Part shown: positions 45,799 to 54,564 of the stretch, piece by piece
How positions within the stretch are numbered: the stretch's first letter is position 1
Layout of the letters: each line of letters begins with the position of its first letter
Origin: Oligoflexales bacterium
GTDB taxonomy: Bacteria > Bdellovibrionota_B > Oligoflexia > Oligoflexales > RGVZ01
Direction: 5' to 3'
Assembly: GCA_947494335.1 (NCBI GenBank)
Contig: CANLUT010000001.1
Span: 537,649-601,648, forward strand
Length of the DNA: 64,000 nt
The notes under the pieces: model-generated
Told to the model about the DNA's origin: nothing
Databases searched by the model: none
Seen by the model: the letters and a program-made list of their open reading frames with translations, nothing else
Program-made: the position numbers and the translations under genes

Positions 45799-46832
45799 TT
45801 TCCGGAATTGACTTAGCTGAGAAGGGTCTTGCGCCTGATTTCGCAATTAGGGCTGGTATCAGACAGCTTTTGAATGTTCGCTTGAAACAATGTGCCAGTA
45901 CATCTGGCGAGGCGTCTTGGGAGGCTACTAAGCTATTTCTGCAAGATATGAATAAGTCACCATTAGCGTTGCATACGGCTGATGCAAATACGCAGCACTA
46001 CGAGGTGCCGACCGAGTTTTATGACTACTGCCTCGGACCCAGGAAGAAATACAGCTCTTGCTACTTTGTGACTGGTCGTGAGTCTCTTGCAGAAGCTGAA
46101 GAGATCATGTTAGCCAAGACCTGCGAGCGCGCCCAACTGAAAGACGGCCAAGCTGTTCTTGAGCTGGGCTGCGGATGGGGAAGTCTGTCTTTGTGGATGG
46201 CTGAAAAATATCCGCGTTCCAACATTACGGTTGTGTCCAACAGCGCCACCCAGAGACAGTACATTGAGGGTGTTGCCAAAAGTAAGGGGTTTAAAAATCT
46301 TACGGTCATCACCTGTGACATGAATGAATTTAATATTGATCAAACATTTGACCGGGTCGTCTCGGTTGAGATGTTTGAGCATATGCGTAACTGGAAGCTC
46401 CTATTTGAGCGAGTCAGTGGCTGGCTTAAGCCAGACGGTAAATTATTCTTTCATATTTTCGTCCATCAGTTTTACACGTATCCATTTGAAACATCTGGAG
46501 ATGATGACTGGATGGGACGCCACTTCTTCACCGGTGGGATCATGCCCGCTTTTGATTTGCCGCTCAGATTTCAGGAGCATCTGAAGATCGAAGACAAGTG
46601 GCAGGTCAATGGAACGCACTATGGTGAGACGGCTGAATGGTGGCTGAAAAATCTAGATGCTAATCGGGATAAGGCTCTCGACGTTTTCCGTCGTCACCCT
46701 AATCACCAAGGTGAGTCACCGTCCGTTATGGTCAACCGTTGGCGGATTTTCTTCATGGCCTGCGCAGAGCTTTGGAATTTCCGCGAAGGTCGCGAGTGGT
46801 TTGTGGGTCATTACCTATTTAGCAAGCGTTGA
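45795..46832 (+). CDS. second CFA-synthase-like SAM-dependent methyltransferase
   Basis: QHYEVPTEFYDYCLGPRKKYSSCYF, VLELGCGWGSLSLW, VSVEMFEHM. ATGA overlap with the upstream gene. Confidence 0.85.
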   Translation: MISGIDLAEKGLAPDFAIRAGIRQLLNVRLKQCASTSGEASWEATKLFLQDMNKSPLALHTADANTQHYEVPTEFYDYCLGPRKKYSSCYFVTGRESLAEAEEIMLAKTCERAQLKDGQAVLELGCGWGSLSLWMAEKYPRSNITVVSNSATQRQYIEGVAKSKGFKNLTVITCDMNEFNIDQTFDRVVSVEMFEHMRNWKLLFERVSGWLKPDGKLFFHIFVHQFYTYPFETSGDDDWMGRHFFTGGIMPAFDLPLRFQEHLKIEDKWQVNGTHYGETAEWWLKNLDANRDKALDVFRRHPNHQGESPSVMVNRWRIFFMACAELWNFREGREWFVGHYLFSKR

Positions 46833-48086
46833 TTAAGTCTCGAAGTTGGGGGTGAAAACTCCCTTTTCCCGCCAGATCTCTCCGCGCACATCTTCGAGGA
46901 TGATGTCTTCGCCGTCACGTCCGAGGATGTGATTGTGGCCGATCGGAACTTTACCGCTCGGTGTGTCGATGATGTAGCTTGGAATGGCAAATCCTGTGAT
47001 GTTGCCCCGGAGTTTTCGCATAATGCTGAGCCCGACGTCGACTGAGGGTCGGAGATGCTCGGTGCCTTCGACATTGTGCGGGTGAAATAAGTAGTAAGGT
47101 CTAGCGCGCATCATGAGTAGTCCACGCAACAGCGCATGCATTCGCTCGTAAGAGTCATTGACTCCTTTAAGCAAGACAGCTTGATTGCCCACCGGTATGC
47201 CGTGGTTAACCAAATTCTCAATGGCGACCTTGGCCTCCAAAGTGAGTTCTTCTTGGCAGTTAAAGTGCGTATTCACAAAGACCGGATGAAATCTGGAGAT
47301 GATTTTTGCCAGGCGTTGCGTCACACGGTAGGGGAGCGTCACTGGAGTTCTTGTGCCAAACCTAATGATTTCGACGTGAGGAATGGCGCGTATGCGTTCC
47401 AGCAAAGACTCGATCGCTCCATCACTGGCAATAAAAGGATCGCCGCCTGTAATCAACACGTCGCGAATAGCTTTGTTTGAGGCGATATATTCAATCCCGC
47501 GATCGATGATCGCACGATTAAAATGTAGACCAGACTCGTTATCGCGACGTTTACGGTAACAGTAGCGGCAGTACACGGGGCAGAGTTGGGCTACGCAAAA
47601 TGCAACCCGGTCCGGATAAAGATGAACCACCTCGCGCACGGGAGAGTGTTCTTTTTCGAGCAAGGGATCACTCACTCCGTAGCGATCATTAAGCTCCTCA
47701 ACTCGGGGGAGCGCCTGAAGGCGGATGGGGCAAAGCTGAGAGGATGTGTCTTGCTTGGCAAGGCTCAAATAATAAGGCGTTACACCAGCATGAAAGATTT
47801 GGTCTAACTTCGAAAATCCAAGCGACTCGGCTTCATTCATGTCAATCCACTCTCGGGCTTCCGCAAGTGATGTGACCTGGTGGCGCATCTGCCACCGCCA
47901 GTTGACAAAGGTTTCTGGGGTTGTCTTGAAAAGCTTCGCAGCCCTTGCTGTGACAGAGTTATCGTCACGCGCGATGTCCAAAAATTCAGCCGGAGAAAAA
48001 ATTTCCGACGGCTCGGACGACGACGCTTGAGAGACGCTGTCGCTCGTTGTAGGATTGGGCGGTGCTGTTATTTTATTGTCAAACAT
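46833..48086 (-). CDS. KamA-family radical-SAM aminomutase (lysine-2,3-aminomutase-like)
   Basis: CPVYCRYCYRKR (CxxxCxxC) and GGDP. Co-linear with B. subtilis KamA as I recall it. I prefer ATG 48086 to TTG 48125. Confidence 0.85.
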   Translation of the reverse strand: MFDNKITAPPNPTTSDSVSQASSSEPSEIFSPAEFLDIARDDNSVTARAAKLFKTTPETFVNWRWQMRHQVTSLAEAREWIDMNEAESLGFSKLDQIFHAGVTPYYLSLAKQDTSSQLCPIRLQALPRVEELNDRYGVSDPLLEKEHSPVREVVHLYPDRVAFCVAQLCPVYCRYCYRKRRDNESGLHFNRAIIDRGIEYIASNKAIRDVLITGGDPFIASDGAIESLLERIRAIPHVEIIRFGTRTPVTLPYRVTQRLAKIISRFHPVFVNTHFNCQEELTLEAKVAIENLVNHGIPVGNQAVLLKGVNDSYERMHALLRGLLMMRARPYYLFHPHNVEGTEHLRPSVDVGLSIMRKLRGNITGFAIPSYIIDTPSGKVPIGHNHILGRDGEDIILEDVRGEIWREKGVFTPNFET

Positions 48087-48112
48087 AAGACTGCAGATAA
48101 GACCACAAACCG

Positions 48113-48706
48113 ATGACCAAATCAAAACGAATCATTCTAGCCAGCACGTCGCCGTTTAGAAAAAAGCTTTTAAATGACGCTGGGTTGGGGTTTGAGGCGA
48201 TGGCGCCTAAGGCTGATGAAAAGACTATTGCGGGGTTGCCGCCTTCATTTTTGGCCGCGAAACGTGCCGAATTCAAGGCCATCGACGTTGCCCTACATGC
48301 GCCCCCAGACTCACTCGTGATAGGGGCTGATCAGGTTTTAAGCTTGGATGGCATGTCATTCGATAAAGCCGAAACAGAGGAGGAAGCTCGACAGAGACTT
48401 CGCCAGTTTCGTGGCAAAACCCATACGTTGCACTCAGCATTTTGTTTGGTGGAGGTCCATCATTCGGGAAGCTGTGAGACGGTTTTTGAGACGGTTGTAG
48501 ATGTGCCTATGACGATGCGGCATCTCAGCGATCAGGAGATAGAAGATTACCTTGCGACCCGTGAGTGGGAAGGTTGTGTTGGTTGTTACCGGGCTGAGGG
48601 AGAGGGTCGAAAGCTATTTACCAAAATTGGTGGCGACGAGTCGGCCGTGATTGGGCTGCCGATTAAGCCACTATCAGACGCGATTCATCAGTTTACCGCG
48701 CACTGA
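48113..48706 (+). CDS. maf: Maf-like nucleoside triphosphate pyrophosphatase
   Basis: IILASTSPFRKKLL start and GADQV motif. Length 197 aa. Confidence 0.85.
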   Translation: MTKSKRIILASTSPFRKKLLNDAGLGFEAMAPKADEKTIAGLPPSFLAAKRAEFKAIDVALHAPPDSLVIGADQVLSLDGMSFDKAETEEEARQRLRQFRGKTHTLHSAFCLVEVHHSGSCETVFETVVDVPMTMRHLSDQEIEDYLATREWEGCVGCYRAEGEGRKLFTKIGGDESAVIGLPIKPLSDAIHQFTAH

Positions 48707-48752
48707 AATTTATTGATGCTCGCGACTTTTATCAGACAATCGACTCAGTTTG

Positions 48753-49424
48753 TTAGAGTGATTTGATTTTATCTTTGCTTGTGCAAATTTCATAAAGCGT
48801 GCAGGTGTCGCATTTGGGATTGCGTGCTGTACACGTGTAGCGACCATGTAAAATGAACCAGTGATGAGCCATGGGAAGCCACTTTGGATCAATAATCTGG
48901 AGGAGCTTCAGTTCCGCTTTTTCCGGGCTGGATTCTTTTTGCAGGCCAAGTCGCTGGCTCACACGGTAGACGTGCGTGTCGACAGCGATCGTTGGTTCAC
49001 GGAATATTTCACCCAAAATCACATTTGCTGTTTTGCGCCCAACTCCCGGCAGATCCTCAAGCTCTTCGCGGGTGCGTGGTATTTGGCCTTTGTACTGCTC
49101 TTTGATTATTTTTGAGAGTTTAAGAACATTTTTAGCTTTTGTTGGTGCGAGTCCTATTCGCCTAATCTTGGCTAGAAATCCCGCTTCGCCCATGGCCAGA
49201 ACATCATCAACGGTCAGTCCGTTTTTGTACAGAACCGTCATCGCATCGTTGACGCTTTTGTCGGTGGCCTGTGCTGAAAGGACAACACTGACTAGGAGCT
49301 GATAGGGTGTTTCGTAATAAAGTTCACAATGAGGGTCAGGATTCAATGCACGAAGGCGCGTGAGAATGTCTTCAACACGCGCCTTTTTGGAACTGATAGA
49401 CTTTGATGAGGAGCGACCGGACAT
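48753..49424 (-). CDS. nth: endonuclease III
   Basis: LLVSVVLSAQATD, HhH-GPD LPGVGRKTANV, and the 4Fe-4S cluster C..CTARNPKCDTCTLYEIC. Confidence 0.9.
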   Translation of the reverse strand: MSGRSSSKSISSKKARVEDILTRLRALNPDPHCELYYETPYQLLVSVVLSAQATDKSVNDAMTVLYKNGLTVDDVLAMGEAGFLAKIRRIGLAPTKAKNVLKLSKIIKEQYKGQIPRTREELEDLPGVGRKTANVILGEIFREPTIAVDTHVYRVSQRLGLQKESSPEKAELKLLQIIDPKWLPMAHHWFILHGRYTCTARNPKCDTCTLYEICTSKDKIKSL

Positions 49425-49432
49425 GGATCGTC

Positions 49433-49717
49433 TTATTCGGAAACTTCAATGACGATGTCGCCGCCAGATACCTTGCATTGACAGGCCAATCGCTCATTGG
49501 GCGCGGCAGCCATGGTTTCCAAGAAGTCGCGTTCGTTATCTTGCATTTTGCTGATGAACTGTTCGCCGTCAATAACTCGGATCATACATGCGCCGCACGC
49601 ACCATCACGGCATCCAAATAAAATGGACGTGTCGTGATCTTCGCACATATCGATCAAGGGATATCCCTCTTTGACTTCGATGGTCTTGTTGTCTGTTTTG
49701 ATGGTGACCTTTGGCAT
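49433..49717 (-). CDS. 2Fe-2S ferredoxin
   Basis: CRDGACGAC (Cx4Cx2C) plus LACQC. ATG 49717 follows AGGAG. The stop is 8 nt before the nth start. Confidence 0.8.
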   Translation of the reverse strand: MPKVTIKTDNKTIEVKEGYPLIDMCEDHDTSILFGCRDGACGACMIRVIDGEQFISKMQDNERDFLETMAAAPNERLACQCKVSGGDIVIEVSE

Positions 49718-49900
49718 AGGTACTCCTGGGATTTTAATAAAACGGGGACGGATTCTATATAATGGGCACTGCGACGATGCAAGCGTCATTTTATCCTGTA
49801 CATTCAATAGTCTAGGTTATGTCTTTGGGTGACCTGGGCACGCAAATAGTGCATGATGTGGAGTTCAAAGCACTCTAAACGACAGATGAAAGGTCGACTC

Positions 49901-51571
49901 ATGGCATCGTCGAAATCGAAATCCAAACCTAAGTCTTCGAAGCAATCAGTCAAGGGCGGCACCTCAAGCGGCAAGAGCAAAGCCGGTGGAGATGGTATTT
50001 TTGGTTTTAGACGTGGCGTGGGTGTTTTATCGCACGTTGTGGAGGCTGCTGCGGTCAAATCAGTGCCACGGCAGTCCAGTGTTGACGGGGAGTTTCATGT
50101 TTTCGGTGCCGATGCCACTGACTTTGCTAAAAGGCAGGCTGAGATATTTCACGATGTGACAGATGCATGGCAGAAGTCTCTCATTGACAACAAAGCTCTG
50201 GACTCAATTTTTCTTCAAACGCGAAGGGCACCCGTTTGGCTTCTGCGCCCTCGCAAATTGATGTCCGGCAAATCAAGTGATCGATCAAAAGTTTCTAAGC
50301 ACCATTACGGTCTCCTCACGCAAAGCCCGTATGCTTACATGCGGGACCGCGTCGGTGCTCTTTGGCATTCGCTGAAGGACGCGCACGGCATTAAGCATCT
50401 TGGTATCTTTTTTCATGGCTGCTCCGACGATGAAATCACGGGCGCTCTTGTTGGTCTCGAGATGGCTGGTTATCGATTTATTCATGTCACCAAAGAACGC
50501 TCGCTTCATCCTCATTTCAAGATCACTGCTTTTGGTGCCACAAAACAACTGCTGGCAAATGCAAAGGCTATCGGCGAGTCCGTAAATCTAGCGCGGCATT
50601 TGGTCAATCTTGATGCTGCGAAAATTAATCCTGCCAGCTACGCTGAATTTGTTTTTAAGTGGTTTCAGGGCAATGCTGATATTTCAGTTGATATTTGGGG
50701 GCCTGACAAACTGACGAGGGAGAACATGAATCTCCACCACGGTGTCGGCCAGGGTGCTGTTCACCAGTCTCATATGGTGCATTTAAAGTATCGCCCTAAG
50801 GGCAAGCACAGACTTAAGCGTCCGCTTGCATTTGTTGGTAAGGGTGTCACGTTTGATACCGGTGGTCTCGATATCAAGCCGGCCAGTGGGATGCGGCTCA
50901 TGAAAAAGGACATGGGTGGCAGTGCTACGGTCGTGGGATTAGCTCATTGGCTTGTGCAGTCTAAGTGCGATGTTCCCTGTGACCTGTATCTTGCACTTGC
51001 AGAAAATGCAGTCGACCAGCATTCATTTCGTCCAGGCGATGTTCTGACGGCACGGAATGGACTGACGGTGGAAATTCACAACACTGATGCCGAGGGTCGT
51101 CTCGTGATGGCTGATGTCATGGACGTAGCAACCAATAAAAGCGAGGAATCAAGACCGGCTGCACTCATCGACTTTTCGACACTGACGGGGGCTATGCGCG
51201 TGGCAGTCGGGACCGAGATAGCCGGCATGTTCGCAAATCATGATGCTCTAGCTGATCTGGCTTTACAATCTGGCGCGGTCGCCGGTGATCCTGCCTGGCG
51301 ATTACCCCTATGGGATAACTATAAGACACAGCTTCGGAGCTCATTTGCAGACCTTGCTAACGCCAGTGACAGCGGATTTGGCGGGGCAATATCGGCGGCG
51401 CTATTTTTACAAAAATTCGTAAAAGGGGACCTTCCTTGGTTGCACTTTGATCTTTACTGTTGGACAGATCGCGCTGTGGGCGCCCTCGGAGACCTTGGTG
51501 GCAACGGGCAGGGTGTCCAGCTAGGTGTAGAACTCCTGTCTCGCATTTCACAGGAGAGTCTTGATCCATGA
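49901..51571 (+). CDS. pepA: leucyl aminopeptidase (M17)
   Basis: VGKGVTFDTGGLDIKP and NTDAEGRLV. Lys/Ser-rich N-terminus. The start is uncertain: 49901, or 49853 from the ORF track. Confidence 0.85.
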   Translation: MASSKSKSKPKSSKQSVKGGTSSGKSKAGGDGIFGFRRGVGVLSHVVEAAAVKSVPRQSSVDGEFHVFGADATDFAKRQAEIFHDVTDAWQKSLIDNKALDSIFLQTRRAPVWLLRPRKLMSGKSSDRSKVSKHHYGLLTQSPYAYMRDRVGALWHSLKDAHGIKHLGIFFHGCSDDEITGALVGLEMAGYRFIHVTKERSLHPHFKITAFGATKQLLANAKAIGESVNLARHLVNLDAAKINPASYAEFVFKWFQGNADISVDIWGPDKLTRENMNLHHGVGQGAVHQSHMVHLKYRPKGKHRLKRPLAFVGKGVTFDTGGLDIKPASGMRLMKKDMGGSATVVGLAHWLVQSKCDVPCDLYLALAENAVDQHSFRPGDVLTARNGLTVEIHNTDAEGRLVMADVMDVATNKSEESRPAALIDFSTLTGAMRVAVGTEIAGMFANHDALADLALQSGAVAGDPAWRLPLWDNYKTQLRSSFADLANASDSGFGGAISAALFLQKFVKGDLPWLHFDLYCWTDRAVGALGDLGGNGQGVQLGVELLSRISQESLDP

Positions 51572-52611
51572 TCGATACAGGCATTAATTTCGTCGCGCGT
51601 CGCGGTGTTTTACTGGTTAATGTGGGTACACCTAAGTCTCCCGCAGTATCTGATGTGCGAAGCTATTTGCGTGAGTTTTTAACTGACGGACGGGTTCTGA
51701 CAATACCTACTGTGTTGCGATGGCTTTTGGTGCATTTGATTATCGCGCCATTTCGCGGTCCGAAGTCGGCGCATGCCTACAAATCCATATGGACTGCAAA
51801 GGGCTCGCCATTGCTTGTAAACGGGCTTGATCTGGCAGATGCGCTCCAGCGTCAACTTGGATCCAAATATCTTGTTAGACTAGCGATGCGTTATGCCGAG
51901 CCTACTTTACGTGAAACCCTCAGTGAGTTGCTTGATCATCATAAAGTCGATGAGTTGATCGTCGTCCCTCTGTATCCGCAGTACAGTAGCTCGGCCACGG
52001 GAACTGCTATTGCGCGCGTCCAGGAACTTCTTTCAGAGCGAGTGGTGATTCCAGCGGTCCGGTTTGTTGGCGATTTTTTTGCCGACGAAGGTTTTATTGC
52101 GGCGCAGGGTGAGATTGCCCGTGATCGATTGGCTGCGTTTCGAGCCGATCATGTGTTGATGAGTTATCACGGTCTGCCGGAAAGCCATGTTAAAGACGCG
52201 ACCGCAGGCTACTGTTTGACGGATGCATCCTGCTGCAAGCAGATTACGATTAAAAACCGTTATTGTTACCGCGCCCAATGCTTCGCAACCTCCCGTCGAC
52301 TGGCAGGTTTCCTTTCTTTGAATGAAACGCAGTATTCGGTTAGTTTTCAAAGTCGACTCGGACGGACCCCTTGGATTCAGCCATATACCGATAAAATTCT
52401 CGCCGATTTGCACGCTAAAGGCGTGCGTCGCTTGGCGGTCATGGTGCCATCATTTGTGTCAGACTGTCTGGAAACGATCGAAGAAATTGGTGATCGTGCA
52501 CGCGCCGACTGGAAAGCGCTCGGCGGTGAGGATTTTCTTTTGGTGCCCTGTGTGAATGCTGATCCGCGCTGGGTTAAAGCATTGGGGCAGTTGGTCGCCG
52601 AGAGGGCTTAG
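51568..52611 (+). CDS. hemH: ferrochelatase
   Basis: LLVNVGTPKSP, PLYPQYSSSATG, SYHGLPE. ATGA overlap with pepA. Confidence 0.9.
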   Translation: MIDTGINFVARRGVLLVNVGTPKSPAVSDVRSYLREFLTDGRVLTIPTVLRWLLVHLIIAPFRGPKSAHAYKSIWTAKGSPLLVNGLDLADALQRQLGSKYLVRLAMRYAEPTLRETLSELLDHHKVDELIVVPLYPQYSSSATGTAIARVQELLSERVVIPAVRFVGDFFADEGFIAAQGEIARDRLAAFRADHVLMSYHGLPESHVKDATAGYCLTDASCCKQITIKNRYCYRAQCFATSRRLAGFLSLNETQYSVSFQSRLGRTPWIQPYTDKILADLHAKGVRRLAVMVPSFVSDCLETIEEIGDRARADWKALGGEDFLLVPCVNADPRWVKALGQLVAERA

Positions 52612-52615
52612 TCAC

Positions 52616-53245
52616 TTATTTGGCGGCAAGCATCAGTAGGAACAGAATCACGCCAATAGCAGCGATGGAGCGCTTTTCTGCAACGAAGGCGGCCGAGAAA
52701 CTCGGTGGAACGGGAAAATCATCAGCAATAGGGAATTTAAGCGGAAACCAAGCTGGAACCCGCTCCATATATCGTTGATACTCATCACCGAATTTAGCAA
52801 GAAGACTACTTTCCTCGTATTTAGTTATGCAGTGATACTGGAAAACGAAAAACGCCAGTACAAGTGTTCCAAGAACAACAACCCCTGAGTAAAACACAAC
52901 TCCGAGCGTGATGATCAGGTTGCTGATGTAGAGTGGGTTGCGCACAAGTGCAAACGGTCCTGCCGTGATGAGTTGATCTGCGCCGGCATTGTCGGAAAGG
53001 TCATCGGCCATAAAGGCTACCGTATAAATTCTTGCAAACGAGCCCAACATAATGAGGATGGTGCCTATTGTCGCCGACCGCGCTGATGTAGAACTGAAGA
53101 GCAAGAGGATCATCATCGCCGGGATGATGGTGTAGTTTCTCCACTGAAAAAGATTTTCCCCGATCTCCAGAAGCGACATGTTTCCGATGCGCTGCGTTGA
53201 ATCATCTTCGGATGGTTGGTGAGATGGAATGTGATCCTGATCCAT
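52616..53245 (-). CDS. isoprenylcysteine carboxyl methyltransferase (ICMT/PEMT) family membrane protein
   Basis: GPFALVRNPLYISNL... and EESSLLAKFGDEYQRYMERVP, typical of the ICMT family. Confidence 0.75.
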   Translation of the reverse strand: MDQDHIPSHQPSEDDSTQRIGNMSLLEIGENLFQWRNYTIIPAMMILLLFSSTSARSATIGTILIMLGSFARIYTVAFMADDLSDNAGADQLITAGPFALVRNPLYISNLIITLGVVFYSGVVVLGTLVLAFFVFQYHCITKYEESSLLAKFGDEYQRYMERVPAWFPLKFPIADDFPVPPSFSAAFVAEKRSIAAIGVILFLLMLAAK

Positions 53246-53268
53246 GAAAGTCTCTTCGTTCTAGGATT

Positions 53269-53925
53269 TCAACTCAGTGTGCGAGCGAAAACAGTTGGCT
53301 CAACTTTTGTTAGAAGGTTGAATCTTGCATCGATATCGGTCGCCTCAACCCAAGCTGATGTGGCAGAAAATTTTACCACATCGAGCTTTAGTTCCTTAGC
53401 AAAAGTTTCGTCAAACAATTGCAGTACGCGTTCACACGCAGTTTTTGAACGATTGAAAATATAAAGCTCCTTGTCCTCAAGTTTCCACAGAATGTCTGTG
53501 AATGATACCTGAGGTAATGAGCGGCGCATCAGTTCCTGAGTGAGGTCGTTTTTTAAGGCTTGGCGTTCATTTCGAGTCAATTGCTTGCCCGACGCCTGAT
53601 GGTGTTCCGCAATTTTTTGCCTAAAAATCATTTGCAGGAGCGTTGCAGGAACCTTACGGCGCTCCGCTCGTGCACGCAATAGAACGCCTCCCTCGACAAC
53701 ACAGTCAGAGATATCCCAGTGGGTGCTGTCGAGCGGTGTCTCGTCGCTGTCTTGAGTCAGGGGCCTTACCCAGCCCAGACGCTCGGCCTTGACCGTTTGA
53801 TCGAGCTTTAACGATGGAGCCTTATGAGGGGCGATTAAATCGCTTAAGTTGCTAATGGTCAGCTTGCGGAGGCCGCCGACCAGTAAATATCGTTGAAAGG
53901 CGACCGTTCCGTTATAAATTCCCAT
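53269..53925 (-). CDS. RdgC-like recombination-associated protein (short form)
   Basis: By-eye similarity to the RdgC layout (..RLGWVRP.., ..RKVPATLL.., ..ERQALKNDLTQELMRRSLP..). 218 aa against about 300 aa in E. coli. Confidence 0.45.
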   Translation of the reverse strand: MGIYNGTVAFQRYLLVGGLRKLTISNLSDLIAPHKAPSLKLDQTVKAERLGWVRPLTQDSDETPLDSTHWDISDCVVEGGVLLRARAERRKVPATLLQMIFRQKIAEHHQASGKQLTRNERQALKNDLTQELMRRSLPQVSFTDILWKLEDKELYIFNRSKTACERVLQLFDETFAKELKLDVVKFSATSAWVEATDIDARFNLLTKVEPTVFARTLS

Positions 53926-54074
53926 TGATTTCAGGACCTTAAATTTGATTGTGTCTTGCTTTTGTTAGACTCTAAAGGGTACGGACGGGGCGGGCAGGGG
54001 TCAAGGATCTTTTTGATGGATTCATAAAGAACGGGTCATTTTTAAGGCTCCTCGCTCCGGGGAGGTTTTGCCTG

Positions 54075-54101
54075 TAAAGCCGGCTCACATTCGGCCGATA
54101 A
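54075..54101 (+). promoter_or_regulatory. sigma28 (FliA)-type promoter
   Basis: TAAAGCCG (54075-54082), exactly 11 nt, then GCCGATAA (54094-54101). The E. coli-type consensus is TAAAGTTT-N11-GCCGATAA. It ends 56 nt upstream of ATG 54158. Confidence 0.6.
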
Positions 54102-54157
54102 AGGGTTATCGAAGGAAGACAACGAGAAAATGCTCGAATATACAGGGAAGGTCTTGC

Positions 54158-54460
54158 ATGTCCAAAAAATCCCAAACTGATTATGAAACCTACCGCGAAA
54201 TCATGAACGACCTTCTAAAACCCATTGCATCTGACGGTGTTGACACAGACACGCTGAAGCGCCTTTACGAAAGCAAAATGGTGTACCTTGAAAATTTAAG
54301 AGTGAAGTGCTTTCGGGAAATGAATGGCGGCAAAAGCACCCATTTTTCCCAGGATGATTACAAAATCATCGTTGAGGCGGCAGTCAAGACACGCGAGCAT
54401 CTGCGCAGTGTGGTTTTGAATGCGATCAACCACCGACTACAAAACATTCGTTCTGCCTAA
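54158..54460 (+). CDS. small hypothetical protein (100 aa)
   Basis: ATG 54158 follows GGGAAGG. Predicted helical. No family recognised, and it does not look like FlgM. Confidence 0.55.
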   Translation: MSKKSQTDYETYREIMNDLLKPIASDGVDTDTLKRLYESKMVYLENLRVKCFREMNGGKSTHFSQDDYKIIVEAAVKTREHLRSVVLNAINHRLQNIRSA

Positions 54461-54564
54461 CCAAGTCACCCCTTTTCCTCCCTAGTTTGTTCAAATTTAT
54501 GACTTTTGTAACCCCTGTGATAGACTAGACTCAGGTTGTGTCTGACCTTTCTGGGGGTTCGCTT

